Source of the DNA: Candidatus Enterousia sp.
Lineage (GTDB): Bacteria > Pseudomonadota > Alphaproteobacteria > Rs-D84
Length of the DNA stretch: 58,167 nucleotides
Assembly: GCA_045645725.1 (NCBI GenBank)
Contig: JAZRJG010000022.1
Coordinates: 1-58,167, forward strand
Reading direction: 5' to 3'
Each line of letters begins with the position of its first letter. The first letter of the stretch is position 1. The notes under the pieces were generated by a model that was not told where the DNA came from, did not search any database, and worked only from the letters and a program-made list of their open reading frames with translations. Shown one piece after another: positions 1 through 9,408 of this stretch. Made by a program: the position numbers and the translations under genes.

Positions 1-250
1 ATAAAAGTGGATTGTGGTGTATAAGTAGATTATTTGCGGTACCTGGGTCCCGTGCTTCCTACTTCACCAAGGTTTCGTAGGACAAGCAAGCCACGGGATG
101 ACAAGAGTGAGTATGGGGGATGCGGCGATTGCTTGGGGGGCGCGACATAAAAGTTTTCGTCATACCGACGCAGGTCGGTATCCATTGTGTCTGTGGGTTC
201 TTTTTTTGCGGGATGACACAATGGACCCCGATCGTCATCGGGGTGACGGT
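1..250. repeat. Composite palindromic repeat unit, copy 1 (RPE/REP-like GTCAYCCCG-loop-CGGGRTCCA elements)
   Basis: Contains TCCCGTG...CACGGGATGAC (41-102), GTCATACCGACGCAGGTCGGTATCCA (159-184) and TGGACCCCGATCGTCATCGGGGTGAC (222-247); nearly identical to 1788-2040. Confidence 0.9.
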
Positions 251-302
251 GTGTACGGGTGTGACGGGGGAAAATAAAAAAATCCCCCGAATGGGGGATT
301 GG

Positions 303-1304
303 TTATTTGCCGGATATATGGAATTTATCGCCATAATCGCCAACACGTTGGCCACCGATTGTGCATTCCAATGCTTCAAAGCCCTCTTTCACCTGTTTCT
401 TTTTAACAACAGATGACGTTACCAATGCGCCGGTCGTACCCAACACAACACCCGCCGTTAAATCAGATGCCAAACGGGCTTTATTGAATTCACCATCCGC
501 AGTGCGCCATTTGGACAGGCCAAATTGACCTTCGACCTTTGCCAAACGCCCCGCCAATATGGAAATAGAGTTGGGGTCTGCTGGTTGTGGGACTGGGGCC
601 GGTTGCGTCGCTTCTTTTAGTTGACAGGATGAGCCGTCAATGGCCGCTTCATAATTATCGTCACAACCAGTTATGTAACATTTACAACGCATATTGTTGC
701 CATCTGAGTCCTTGCAAGTATATGCGCCATTAGCATCACTTCTCCAATCGCCCACTCTTGCATGTGCTACCAATCTTATAACCTCTTGATGACATTGCAC
801 GTTGTTGTCAGCAATTACATTGACATTACCTTCGGCATCTGTGGCAAGGGGGTAATCACTCGTCTGATTATCACCTTCTCGTGGTACTTCGGGGTTTTCT
901 ACCCCACCTGTTGATTCGGCAACAGGTTCTTCGGTGGCTTCTGCCGGCGCTTGAACGCCCTGCTTTTTCACACATTCCGTAGCCCAACTGTTCCGTTCAT
1001 AGTCGTCTTCACAAGTATATACACCACATACACAACAAACATAATCATCGCCTTGTTTGCAGGCGTTTACACAATATAGCCCATCGGGATAGTATTGCCA
1101 TCCAGTTTTTATTGAATGTGGAGGTTTTTGCCCACCATCACACGGCTGAAAACGCGCAGTAACCTCTGCGTTATTGGTTGTTCTTGCGATTGTATAACAA
1201 TCTTCCTTAGCAGAGATATATTTTTTATCTTCTGGACAGTCCTCGGCGAATGCGGGGACGGCCAACAGTGTGGAACATATTAAAAACATAGAAATTTTGC
1301 GCAT
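303..1304 (-). CDS. Secreted Cys-rich protein with C-terminal glycine-zipper/CxxG module
   Basis: ATG at 1304 with GGAGG SD; signal peptide MRKISMFLICSTLLAVPAFA; many Cys; C-terminal AGVVLGTTGALV...LECTIGG...YGD. Confidence 0.8.
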   Translation of the reverse strand: MRKISMFLICSTLLAVPAFAEDCPEDKKYISAKEDCYTIARTTNNAEVTARFQPCDGGQKPPHSIKTGWQYYPDGLYCVNACKQGDDYVCCVCGVYTCEDDYERNSWATECVKKQGVQAPAEATEEPVAESTGGVENPEVPREGDNQTSDYPLATDAEGNVNVIADNNVQCHQEVIRLVAHARVGDWRSDANGAYTCKDSDGNNMRCKCYITGCDDNYEAAIDGSSCQLKEATQPAPVPQPADPNSISILAGRLAKVEGQFGLSKWRTADGEFNKARLASDLTAGVVLGTTGALVTSSVVKKKQVKEGFEALECTIGGQRVGDYGDKFHISGK

Positions 1305-1380
1305 TAAATCCTCCAATCCTTTATTTAGGTGTAATTGTATAACTTTTGTGCCATTGGTGCAAGTGAAAAAATGTATTGTA

Positions 1381-2040
1381 TTGGGGCGCGACATAAAAGT
1401 TTTCGTCATACCGACGCAGGTCGGTATCCATTGTGTCTGTGGGTTCTTTTTTTGCAGGATGACGCAATGGACCCCGATCGCCATCGGGGTGACGGTGGGT
1501 GGTGGTGTGGATGGATAAACAGCGAACAGCGGTGTTTAAGCAATTTATTTGTGATACCTGGGTCCCGTGCTTCCTACTTCACCAAGGTTTCGTAGGACAA
1601 GCAAGCCACGGGATGACAAAGAGAGAGTGTGGGGGACGCAGCGATTGCTTGGGGGCGCAACATAAAAGTTTTCGTCATACCGACGCAGGTCGGTATCCAT
1701 TGTGTCTGTGGGTTCTTTTTTATTTGCCGGATGACGCAATGGACCCCGATCGTCATCGGGGTGACGGTGGGCGGTAGCGTGGATGGAATAAAAGTGGATT
1801 GTGGTGTATAAGTAGATTATTTGCGGTACCTGGGTCCCGTGCTTCCTACTTCACCAAGGTTTCGTAGGACAAGCAAGCCACGGGATGACAAAGAGAAAGT
1901 ATGGGGGATGCGGCGATTGCTTGGGGGCGCGACATAAAAGTTTTCGTCATACCGACGCAGGTCGGTATCCATTGTGTCTGTGGGTTCTTTTTTATTTGCC
2001 GGATGACACAATGGACCCCGATCGTCATCGGGGTGACGGT
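1381..2040. repeat. Tandem array of the same palindromic repeat unit (partial 1381-1497, copies ~1557-1768 and 1788-2040)
   Basis: Direct visual identity with 1-250; ~272-bp period between the last two copies. Confidence 0.9.
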
Positions 2041-2057
2041 GTGGATGGGGAAATGTA

Positions 2058-2774
2058 TTAACTTAAAACCTGATTCTGTAAATCTATTAATTTTTTACAT
2101 GCGGTTTGGGCCATGTCCATCAAGCGCGCCAACTGTTCCGATGTAAATGGATGCTGTTCGCCGGTTGATTGGACTTCGATAAAGCGACCATCGCCCGACA
2201 CAACAAAGTTTGAATCCATTTCCGCAACACAATCTTCGTCGTAATCCAAATCCAATACCAATTCATTATTCCACAGACCACACGATACAGCCGCAACATT
2301 ATCGCGTATCGGATTTTCACGTATGCGACCCGCATCCAATAACCAGCGCACCGCCAATGACAACGCAACAAAACCACCCGTTATCGCCGCACAGCGCGTA
2401 CCACCGTCGCCCTGTAATACATCGCAATCAATCGTTATGGTATGACGGCCCAATGCATCCATGTCAACAACACTGCGCAAAGAACGACCAATCAAACGCG
2501 AAATTTCAACCGCACGGTTGTCACGGGTCATGGCTTCGTGGCTTTTGCGGGTGCCGTTCGCGCGTGGCAACATCGAATATTCCGCCGTTACCCAACCGCC
2601 GGACTTGTTTTGGATGCGTTTCCATGTCGGCTGATTCATTTCAACCGATGCGGTACATAATACGTGCGTACCACCCATCTTTATCAAACAAGAACCTTCG
2701 GCCCATTTATTCACGCCGGTTTCCATTGATACAGGACGCATTTGATCAGGTTTTCTTAATGATGGACGCAACAT
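2058..2774 (-). CDS. rph: Ribonuclease PH
   Basis: AEGSCLIKMGGTHVLCTAS, GWVTAEYSMLPRA, EISRLIGRSLR, DCDVLQGDGGTR motifs. Confidence 0.97.
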   Translation of the reverse strand: MLRPSLRKPDQMRPVSMETGVNKWAEGSCLIKMGGTHVLCTASVEMNQPTWKRIQNKSGGWVTAEYSMLPRANGTRKSHEAMTRDNRAVEISRLIGRSLRSVVDMDALGRHTITIDCDVLQGDGGTRCAAITGGFVALSLAVRWLLDAGRIRENPIRDNVAAVSCGLWNNELVLDLDYDEDCVAEMDSNFVVSGDGRFIEVQSTGEQHPFTSEQLARLMDMAQTACKKLIDLQNQVLS

Positions 2775-2898
2775 TTTGTATTCCTTTTGGCTGTTTATGT
2801 TGGTGGTATTATATACCCAGTATTAAATATTGCAATTTTTTTTGGGTTTGCTTTTTTTTATAATATCGTTATCATATCACCTTTGAAAAAGGATTTTT

Positions 2899-3918
2899 AT
2901 GTCAGCACAGACAAAAAGATTAGTTAAAAAAATTATTAGTTATTCAGGAATATTCTTCTTTCTGTTGGCGGCGGGGATGCTGTGGTGGCAGTTGCGCGAT
3001 TACAGTTTGCGCGATATCGCACACGCCATTTTGGATATACCGTTATTAAACCTGACTATGGCATGTGTGGCATGTTTGTTGGGATATTTGGCGTTATCAC
3101 TGTATGATTATTTGGCGTTAAAGTATGTCGGTGGACGCGTCACATGGTGGAAATGGATGTTGGCCGGTATGTTGGGATTCGCAATCAGTAATAATGCCGG
3201 ACACGCCGTGGTCAGCGGTGGTGCAATTCGATACAGATTATATACACGTTGGCGTATTCGTGGCGGCGATATACTGAAAATGTTAACCATTTCGGGCTTC
3301 ACATATTTCTTGGGGGCATCGGCAATCGTTGTTATTGGGTATTTTTTAATCCCACGCGAATTGTTCAGTGATTCTGTCGGGGTCGGCATGGGGTTAAACG
3401 CACTGTTTATATTCTGTACGGTGATGCTGTTGACGTACTTTGCGATGACCGTGTTGTTCTATAAAAAAAGTGTAAAGGTAGGTCAAATTAAATTCCAAAT
3501 TCCGTCTTTTTCAATGGCGGTTGCACAGACAGTATTGGGAATTACAGACAGCGTGTTGGCTGGATTGGTACTGTACGCATGTATGGTTCCATTTGTAGAT
3601 ATCCCGTTCGGTACGTTTATCGGACTGTTCGTTATCGCACAAACAACCGGCGTTTTCAGCCAAGTCCCAGGTGGAATTGGCGTGTTCGAAACCGTGTTCT
3701 TGGTCGCAATGCCAGATAACATCGATAAAGCAAGCATTTTCGGCGCAATGTTGGCATACAGAATTATTTACTATGTATTGCCATTGATTGGTGCCGGCGG
3801 TTTGTTCGTTATCTATGAAAGATGGCTGCGCGCAAAAATGAAAAAGTGGTTACGCGAAGCAAAAGAAATTCCAAACAAAATCAAACAGATAACGTCGGAT
3901 ATAAAAATCCGTAAATAA
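2899..3918 (+). CDS. Lysylphosphatidylglycerol-synthase TM domain (UPF0104/YbhN-like) membrane protein
   Basis: Multi-TM; SGGAIRYRLY, SQVPGGIGVFE, LAYRIIYYVLP motifs. Confidence 0.85.
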   Translation: MSAQTKRLVKKIISYSGIFFFLLAAGMLWWQLRDYSLRDIAHAILDIPLLNLTMACVACLLGYLALSLYDYLALKYVGGRVTWWKWMLAGMLGFAISNNAGHAVVSGGAIRYRLYTRWRIRGGDILKMLTISGFTYFLGASAIVVIGYFLIPRELFSDSVGVGMGLNALFIFCTVMLLTYFAMTVLFYKKSVKVGQIKFQIPSFSMAVAQTVLGITDSVLAGLVLYACMVPFVDIPFGTFIGLFVIAQTTGVFSQVPGGIGVFETVFLVAMPDNIDKASIFGAMLAYRIIYYVLPLIGAGGLFVIYERWLRAKMKKWLREAKEIPNKIKQITSDIKIRK

Positions 3919-4124
3919 ATACCTTGCGAAGTGATATATTGTCGTGCTAAAATACGATTTGTGTATGACAATGGGGTTATTATAAGTGTTTGTATTACCA
4001 CTGGTTTCAACAATTCGAATGGTGCTGATTAGTATCGTGGCACAATTCTTTGGCATGGGCATGGACGCCCCAGGAGAACGGATTGTTGCCATCGCATACG
4101 CCACCAAAACAAAAGGATTATTAA

Positions 4125-5918
4125 ATGTCAAAAAAAATATACGTGGATGCAGTCCACCCAGAGGAAACACGTGTGGTTGTGGTCGATACCGCAACAAATC
4201 GCGTTTCGGACTTTGACGTAGAAACAACAACAAAACCACAAATCAAAGGCAATATATATCTGGCCAAGGTTATTCGTGTAGAACCTTCGTTACAGGCGGC
4301 GTTCGTTGATTATGGTACGGGAAAAAATGGTTTCTTGCCTTTTTCGGAAATCCATCCCGATTATTATCAGGTTTCTGCAGAACAAAAGAAAAAGTTATTG
4401 GAATTGGCACACGCCAATATCGTTGATGACGATGACGACCCAAATGATGAAGAGGACGAAGTCGCAGAATACGACGATCACAGCGCAGGTGAAGACAATA
4501 AAGAATTCGCAAAACGCGCACGTGAATTCAAAATCCAAGACGTTATCAAACCAAAACAAATCTTGCTGATTCAAGGCGTAAAAGAAGAACGTGGCCAAAA
4601 AGGCGCATCTATGACAACGTATCTATCGTTGGCGGGACGCTTTGCCGTGTTAATGCCAAATTCACGCAAAAGAAACAGTTATGGTATTTCCAAGAAAATT
4701 TCAGACAAAGCAGAACGCGCCAGATTGCGTGAAATTTTGCACGCTTTGAAAATTCCAAAAGGTATGACCGTTGTTCTGCGTACCGCAGCAATGGATGCCC
4801 AAGGTTCAGATATCGCCGCAGATTACGATTATTTGGTAAACCTGTGGAACGAAATTCGTAAAACAACATTGGAATCGGTCGCACCGGTGACAATTCATAC
4901 AGAAGATTCTTTGTTGCGTCGCGTCGTTCGTGATTTCTTAAGTGATAAAGAAGATGTTTTGACCATCCAAGGCGAAGAAGCATATGATGCGGCAAAACAA
5001 TATTTCCAACAAATGTACGGCCGTGCGCCACGCAAGCAATTGGTTCACTATAAAGATGCCGCAGTGCCATTGATGGTAAAAGCCGGCGTTGAAAAACAGT
5101 TGGAAGGTCTGCATGGGCCATATGTGCAATTGCCATCGGGCGGGTCTTTGGTTATTAACCAAACCGAAGCAATGGTGACAATTGACGTGAACTCTTCACG
5201 CGCAATCAAAGAAAAAGATATTGAACAGACGGCACTGAACACCAATTTAGAGGCCGCCGAAGAAATCGCGTTGCAATTGCGCCTGCGCGATTTGGCCGGT
5301 ATCGTTGCAGTTGACTTCATCGATATGGAAGAAGAAAAAAACAACCGCAAATTGGAATTGAAAATGCGCGAAGTTATGAAACGTGACCGCGCGCGTACGC
5401 AGGTTGCAAAAATTAATAACTTTGGCGTATTGATGTTATCACGTCAACGTTTGCGCAGCAGTTTTATGGAATCGTCATATGTGCCATGTCCACACTGTAT
5501 GGGGGCGGGTGTTGTGCCATCTATTCAAACGGCGGCAATTATTTTATTCCGTCATTTGCAAGAAAAATTATTGGCGAAAAGCGCACAAAAAATCATTATG
5601 ACCGTTCCAACAGACGTGGCGGTTTACTTATTAAATCACAAACGTGCAGAATTGGCCGCAATGGAGGCAGAATTCGAAACGGAAATCGTTATTGTTGGCG
5701 ATGACAGTTTGATGAATATCGATCAATACTCTATCCAACGCGTAGCGCCAGAACAAAATAAAACAGACGATTTGTTGGGGGCATTTGCACCATCGACAGA
5801 TGCAAAAAAGAAAAACGCCCAGCATGTTGATGCCAAAAAGACAACGGTTAATGCGCAAAGACGCAAACATAAAAAACAGCCAAAGAAACAAACTTTCTGG
5901 CAAAAACTGATGAGTTAA
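4125..5918 (+). CDS. rne: Ribonuclease E/G family
   Basis: GNIYLAKVIRVEPSLQAAFVDYG (S1), IDVNS, LRLRDLAGIVAVDFIDM, CPHC Zn link. Confidence 0.95.
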   Translation: MSKKIYVDAVHPEETRVVVVDTATNRVSDFDVETTTKPQIKGNIYLAKVIRVEPSLQAAFVDYGTGKNGFLPFSEIHPDYYQVSAEQKKKLLELAHANIVDDDDDPNDEEDEVAEYDDHSAGEDNKEFAKRAREFKIQDVIKPKQILLIQGVKEERGQKGASMTTYLSLAGRFAVLMPNSRKRNSYGISKKISDKAERARLREILHALKIPKGMTVVLRTAAMDAQGSDIAADYDYLVNLWNEIRKTTLESVAPVTIHTEDSLLRRVVRDFLSDKEDVLTIQGEEAYDAAKQYFQQMYGRAPRKQLVHYKDAAVPLMVKAGVEKQLEGLHGPYVQLPSGGSLVINQTEAMVTIDVNSSRAIKEKDIEQTALNTNLEAAEEIALQLRLRDLAGIVAVDFIDMEEEKNNRKLELKMREVMKRDRARTQVAKINNFGVLMLSRQRLRSSFMESSYVPCPHCMGAGVVPSIQTAAIILFRHLQEKLLAKSAQKIIMTVPTDVAVYLLNHKRAELAAMEAEFETEIVIVGDDSLMNIDQYSIQRVAPEQNKTDDLLGAFAPSTDAKKKNAQHVDAKKTTVNAQRRKHKKQPKKQTFWQKLMS

Positions 5919-5944
5919 AAAATCCCCCAATTGGGGGATTTTTT
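5917..5944. terminator. Bidirectional intrinsic terminator (ATCCCCCAATTGGGGGAT family)
   Basis: A-tract, TCCCCC-AATT-GGGGGA, T-tract right after the rne stop. Confidence 0.85.
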
Positions 5945-6002
5945 ATCGTATAAAATTTCGCTACGTTTACAAAATAAAACAAAGACATAACAATGCTTTT
6001 AG

Positions 6003-6031
6003 TTGAAAGCATCTATTTTTTTATGTATAAT
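6003..6031 (+). promoter_or_regulatory. Sigma70-type promoter
   Basis: TTGAAA (6003-6008), 17 nt spacer, TATAAT (6026-6031). Confidence 0.7.
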
Positions 6032-6037
6032 ATGTAA

Positions 6038-6238
6038 GAATCCAAAGGGATTTGGGTTCGGGCCTTCGAAAAGCCCAGCAGTTGCGGTGCAGAAGCACCG
6101 TAATCCAATTAGATAAGGTGCATCTGCACTGTTTTCCCCAGCTATGGTTGGGGTGCCGTTGTTATAAATTGAAAGCAGCGGGGTCTGCAACTGTTGACTT
6201 TTCGAACACCCCGACCGCCATTTCCCGATGGCGGTTTT
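6038..6238 (+). ncRNA. Unassigned highly structured RNA (four-way junction) ending in a terminator hairpin
   Basis: P1 6065-6087/6185-6206, P2 6087-6099/6117-6129, P3 6136-6142/6147-6153, P4 6156-6163/6174-6181, several G-U pairs on the + strand; terminator ACCGCCAT/ATGGCGGT-TTT 6214-6238. Confidence 0.65.
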
Positions 6239-6258
6239 ATATTACTAAGGAGTCACTT

Positions 6259-6393
6259 ATGGCAAATAACGACCTATCAGCAACCGACGTCGCCCTTGGA
6301 ACCGCAGTTGTCGGCCTTGGCATTGTACATTGGTTAATAAGCATTTTATTTCCCATCGCAATTATTATTATTATGTTAAAATCTTGTTCTTGA
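6259..6393 (+). CDS. 44-aa hydrophobic membrane peptide
   Basis: AAGGAG SD, MANNDLSATDVALGTAVVGLGIVHWLISILFPIAIIIIMLKSCS. Confidence 0.7.
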   Translation: MANNDLSATDVALGTAVVGLGIVHWLISILFPIAIIIIMLKSCS

Positions 6394-6412
6394 TAAATAA
6401 GGAGAATAGCAA

Positions 6413-6544
6413 ATGTCGGAACAAAAAATTAAAAATTTTGGTTTGGGGGCTTTAGCCGTAGGTGCTGCACTTCTATTATTCTTAGTAGAAGTTATCTTAC
6501 CAATTGGCCTGCTAGTATTATTAATCAGCTTTATATTTGGTTAG
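6413..6544 (+). CDS. 43-aa hydrophobic membrane peptide (not in ORF track)
   Basis: AAGGAG SD; manual translation MSEQKIKNFGLGALAVGAALLLFLVEVILPIGLLVLLISFIFG. Confidence 0.7.
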   Translation: MSEQKIKNFGLGALAVGAALLLFLVEVILPIGLLVLLISFIFG

Positions 6545-6593
6545 GGTGCACTTAATATATATTCGAAAAAATCCCCCGATTGGGGGATTTTTT

Positions 6594-8408
6594 TTATTTC
6601 TTGCGCTTTGTTTTTGGGGTTGTCTTGAATTGTATATCGCGCAACTTCTTGTATTCGCCATTTAGTGCACATAATTCGGCATCGGTGCCCTGCTCTACTA
6701 TTTGACCATCTTTGACGACACAAATCATATCAGCATCCAATATAGTCGATAGACGGTGCGCAATTACAAACGTTGTGCGACCGCGCATTAAATCATTTAA
6801 AGCAGATTGAATTAATTTTTCGCTTTCGGTATCCAATGCAGATGTCGCTTCGTCCAACAGCAATATCGGCGCATCTTTTAATATAGCACGCGCAATCGCA
6901 ATACGCTGTTTTTGACCACCGGACAACAGGCCGCCACCTTCGCCAACCGGTGAATTATAGCCGTCGGGGAATTCATTGATAAATCCGTCTGCATTGGCCG
7001 CGCGCGCCGCCGCAACCACTTCTTCGTGGGTGGCATCGGGACGACCGTATTTGATATTTTCTTCAATCGTGCTGTTAAACAAGAATACAGATTGGGAAAC
7101 TTCGGCAATACTGTTACGCAAAGAGTGCAAAGTATATTTGCGAATATCGGTTTTATTAATCGTAATTTTGCCCAATTGCGGTTCATAAAAACGTTCCAAT
7201 AAATTAAACAATGTCGTTTTCCCACCACCAGATGGCCCAACCAACGCGCACACAGAACCCGCAGGCACGTTCAAATCTATACCACGCAAAACAGGTTCGT
7301 CGGGACTGTACGCAAATGATACATTATGGAAGTCAACAGACAATTTTTTAGATGTTAATTCGCGGGCATCCGGCGCATCAACAATGTCGGGCTTGCTGTC
7401 CAAGAAATGGAATAATATCTCTGCCGCTAACAAACCATGTTGCAGCGTGTCGCCAGTGGATGTGATGCTTTTTGCCGGCTTATATGCCGCGGTCAAAGCC
7501 AACAAGAATGCCGTAAAGTCACCGGTTGTGATTGCGCCACTGGCAATAAAATGTCCGCCCATAATCATCGCAATACACAGACCAATAGAAATCATAAATT
7601 CCATTAATGGTGAACGTAATTCATTGGCTTGGGTGCTTTTATAGGAATTAACCATAGAGTTATTCAAAACGCGTGCAAAGTTCTTTTCTTCGCGTTCTTC
7701 GGCGGCAAATGCCTGAATCGTTTTAATGCCATGCAATGTTTGGTTTAATTGCTGGGACACACTGTTCGCGATGCCAAATGATTGACGGGACAATTTGCGA
7801 CGTTTGCGCATAATTGCAACCATCGGTATCATAATCGCCGGCGCCAAGAACATTAATACAATACACATTTGGTGCGCATAATAAAACATCAAAGCCAATG
7901 TCATCACCAATGTTGCAACATTTTGAACAACACGTATTACCGTGCCGGTTACCAAATTTAATACGGCGGTGGCTTGGACACTGAAATAATTCAAATTTTT
8001 ACCAATGCCGTCGGAATAAACACGTGCCAAATTCATATGCGTGATATGTTTATAGATTTTTTTCTGTAAATCCGCACTGGCCAACAATCCGCCTTTGGAC
8101 ATAATCAAAGATTTCGCGTATGTAAATGTGCCTTTGGCACCAAACGCAAATATAACCTGTAACCCCAACCAATAGACCGCATCAATACTTTTATTGATAA
8201 ATGCTTTATCCACAACCTGTTGCACCAAGGTTATAGTGTACGCTTCGGCACCGGCCGCCAAAATTGTAAAGATTATACCCGCAACCAACCATTTCCAATA
8301 TGGTTGACCCACTTCACGCCAAACACGACCATACAAAGACCATTTAATACGACCGTTGGACTCATCGCCTTTGATAAAGGACTTTATTTTATTAGTTATT
8401 TTTTTCAT
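6594..8408 (-). CDS. msbA: MsbA-like ABC exporter (fused TMD-NBD)
   Basis: N-terminal TM domain, GPSGGGKTT, LSGGQKQRIAIARA, LLLDEATSALD; the symbol is inferred from family plus lipid A genes in the window. Confidence 0.8.
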   Translation of the reverse strand: MKKITNKIKSFIKGDESNGRIKWSLYGRVWREVGQPYWKWLVAGIIFTILAAGAEAYTITLVQQVVDKAFINKSIDAVYWLGLQVIFAFGAKGTFTYAKSLIMSKGGLLASADLQKKIYKHITHMNLARVYSDGIGKNLNYFSVQATAVLNLVTGTVIRVVQNVATLVMTLALMFYYAHQMCIVLMFLAPAIMIPMVAIMRKRRKLSRQSFGIANSVSQQLNQTLHGIKTIQAFAAEEREEKNFARVLNNSMVNSYKSTQANELRSPLMEFMISIGLCIAMIMGGHFIASGAITTGDFTAFLLALTAAYKPAKSITSTGDTLQHGLLAAEILFHFLDSKPDIVDAPDARELTSKKLSVDFHNVSFAYSPDEPVLRGIDLNVPAGSVCALVGPSGGGKTTLFNLLERFYEPQLGKITINKTDIRKYTLHSLRNSIAEVSQSVFLFNSTIEENIKYGRPDATHEEVVAAARAANADGFINEFPDGYNSPVGEGGGLLSGGQKQRIAIARAILKDAPILLLDEATSALDTESEKLIQSALNDLMRGRTTFVIAHRLSTILDADMICVVKDGQIVEQGTDAELCALNGEYKKLRDIQFKTTPKTKRKK

Positions 8409-8553
8409 AGCGTTCGTATTATAAAAAATGAGTTTCGGTATGTCTAGTGTAAAAGAATATGAAAGAAAATTATATTTTTTTAATTTTTACGTTGACATTT
8501 ATAATTAAAATGTATAAAATACGTTCGCTTTCATGATGAAAGTGCAAAGTTTT

Positions 8554-8629
8554 GGGGTTGTAGCTCAGTTGGTAGAGCACCTGCTTTGCAAGCAGGGGGT
8601 CGTCAGTTCGAGCCTGATCAGCTCCACCA
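8554..8629 (+). tRNA. tRNA-Ala(TGC)
   Basis: Cloverleaf, anticodon arm CCTGC-TTTGCAA-GCAGG, TTCGA T-loop, CCA end. Confidence 0.97.
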
Positions 8630-8708
8630 AAACAAACGAAAGGGGGATTCAAAAAATCCCCTTTTTATAAACAATAAATACAAATTGCGTTAAAGGGGGT
8701 GAATACAT

Positions 8709-8915
8709 ATGGTTAAAGTTCTGGTTCGTGACAACAACGTCGAACAGGCACTGCGCGTCGCAAAACGTAAATCGCAGAAAGAAGGTCTGTACCGCGAAAT
8801 GAAAGAACGTCAGCGTTATGAAAAACCAACAACCAAACGCAAACGTTTGAAAGAAGAAGCCGTACGTAACGAAAAAAAACGTCAATCAAAACAACGTATG
8901 GTTTTCGGATTCTAA
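8709..8915 (+). CDS. rpsU: 30S ribosomal protein S21
   Basis: [18 protein letters not shown]...REMK...YEKP. Confidence 0.95.
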   Translation: MVKVLVRDNNVEQALRVAKRKSQKEGLYREMKERQRYEKPTTKRKRLKEEAVRNEKKRQSKQRMVFGF

Positions 8916-8947
8916 TCCAAAATTCAATCCCCCGTTTTGGGGGATTT

Positions 8948-9208
8948 TTATTTTATTACCGCACCTTTTATTATGGTTAAATCTTCTTTGATGTCGTCTA
9001 TCTTTATCTGAATCTGACCAATACCGGTTTCCAATAAGGTCGTGCGATTTTCCAATGATGTTATGCGCGTATCTACGCGTTCCAATTCAATAACAGACAT
9101 ATCTTGGCGCGCAACCCAATATATCAAACCGCCAATAAAAACAATCAAAAACCAATTTTCACGCAGAATTTCAAACATTCCACGCCCCATTGAGATGTTG
9201 CCCGTCAT
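8948..9208 (-). CDS. Small TM + coiled-coil protein at the end of the phage-like operon (XhlA/holin-like)
   Basis: WFLIVFIGGLIYW followed by heptad repeats; ATGA overlap with the upstream gene. Confidence 0.6.
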   Translation of the reverse strand: MTGNISMGRGMFEILRENWFLIVFIGGLIYWVARQDMSVIELERVDTRITSLENRTTLLETGIGQIQIKIDDIKEDLTIIKGAVIK

Positions 9209-9408
9209 TTTTTATCCCCCCGACCGTGTGATATCATGGATTCTATTTGCCGGACCAATGCGCATTGGGCTGCAACCCAGCGCAACCGATTGTCAGATAC
9301 ATCAGGTGACATTACACGATTTATTGTTATATCACGCAAATGCGCCAATACGGCCGCACCAGATGGCGATGAAAAACAGCGCGCATATTGTTGTTCTGTA
9401 TCTGTCAT
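9205..9408 (-). CDS. Bbp19-like phage protein (portal-adjacent)
   Basis: YARCFSSPSGAAVLAHLR...LRWVAAQCALVRQI pattern; ATGA-coupled to the portal gene. Confidence 0.75.
   Translation of the reverse strand: MTDTEQQYARCFSSPSGAAVLAHLRDITINRVMSPDVSDNRLRWVAAQCALVRQIESMISHGRGDKK

Noticed and set aside
1-2040. CRISPR array
   Set aside because: Units are ~250-270 bp and near-identical throughout, with no unique spacers and no cas genes
30-2146. Short ORFs (WIPTCVGMT etc.) and the 60-aa N-terminal extension of ORF 303-1484
   Set aside because: They are translations of the palindromic repeat; the real start is ATG 1304 with SD and signal peptide
6052-6258. N-terminal part of the 113-aa ORF 6052-6393
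   Set aside because: Overlaps the structured RNA and terminator; the SD supports a start at 6259
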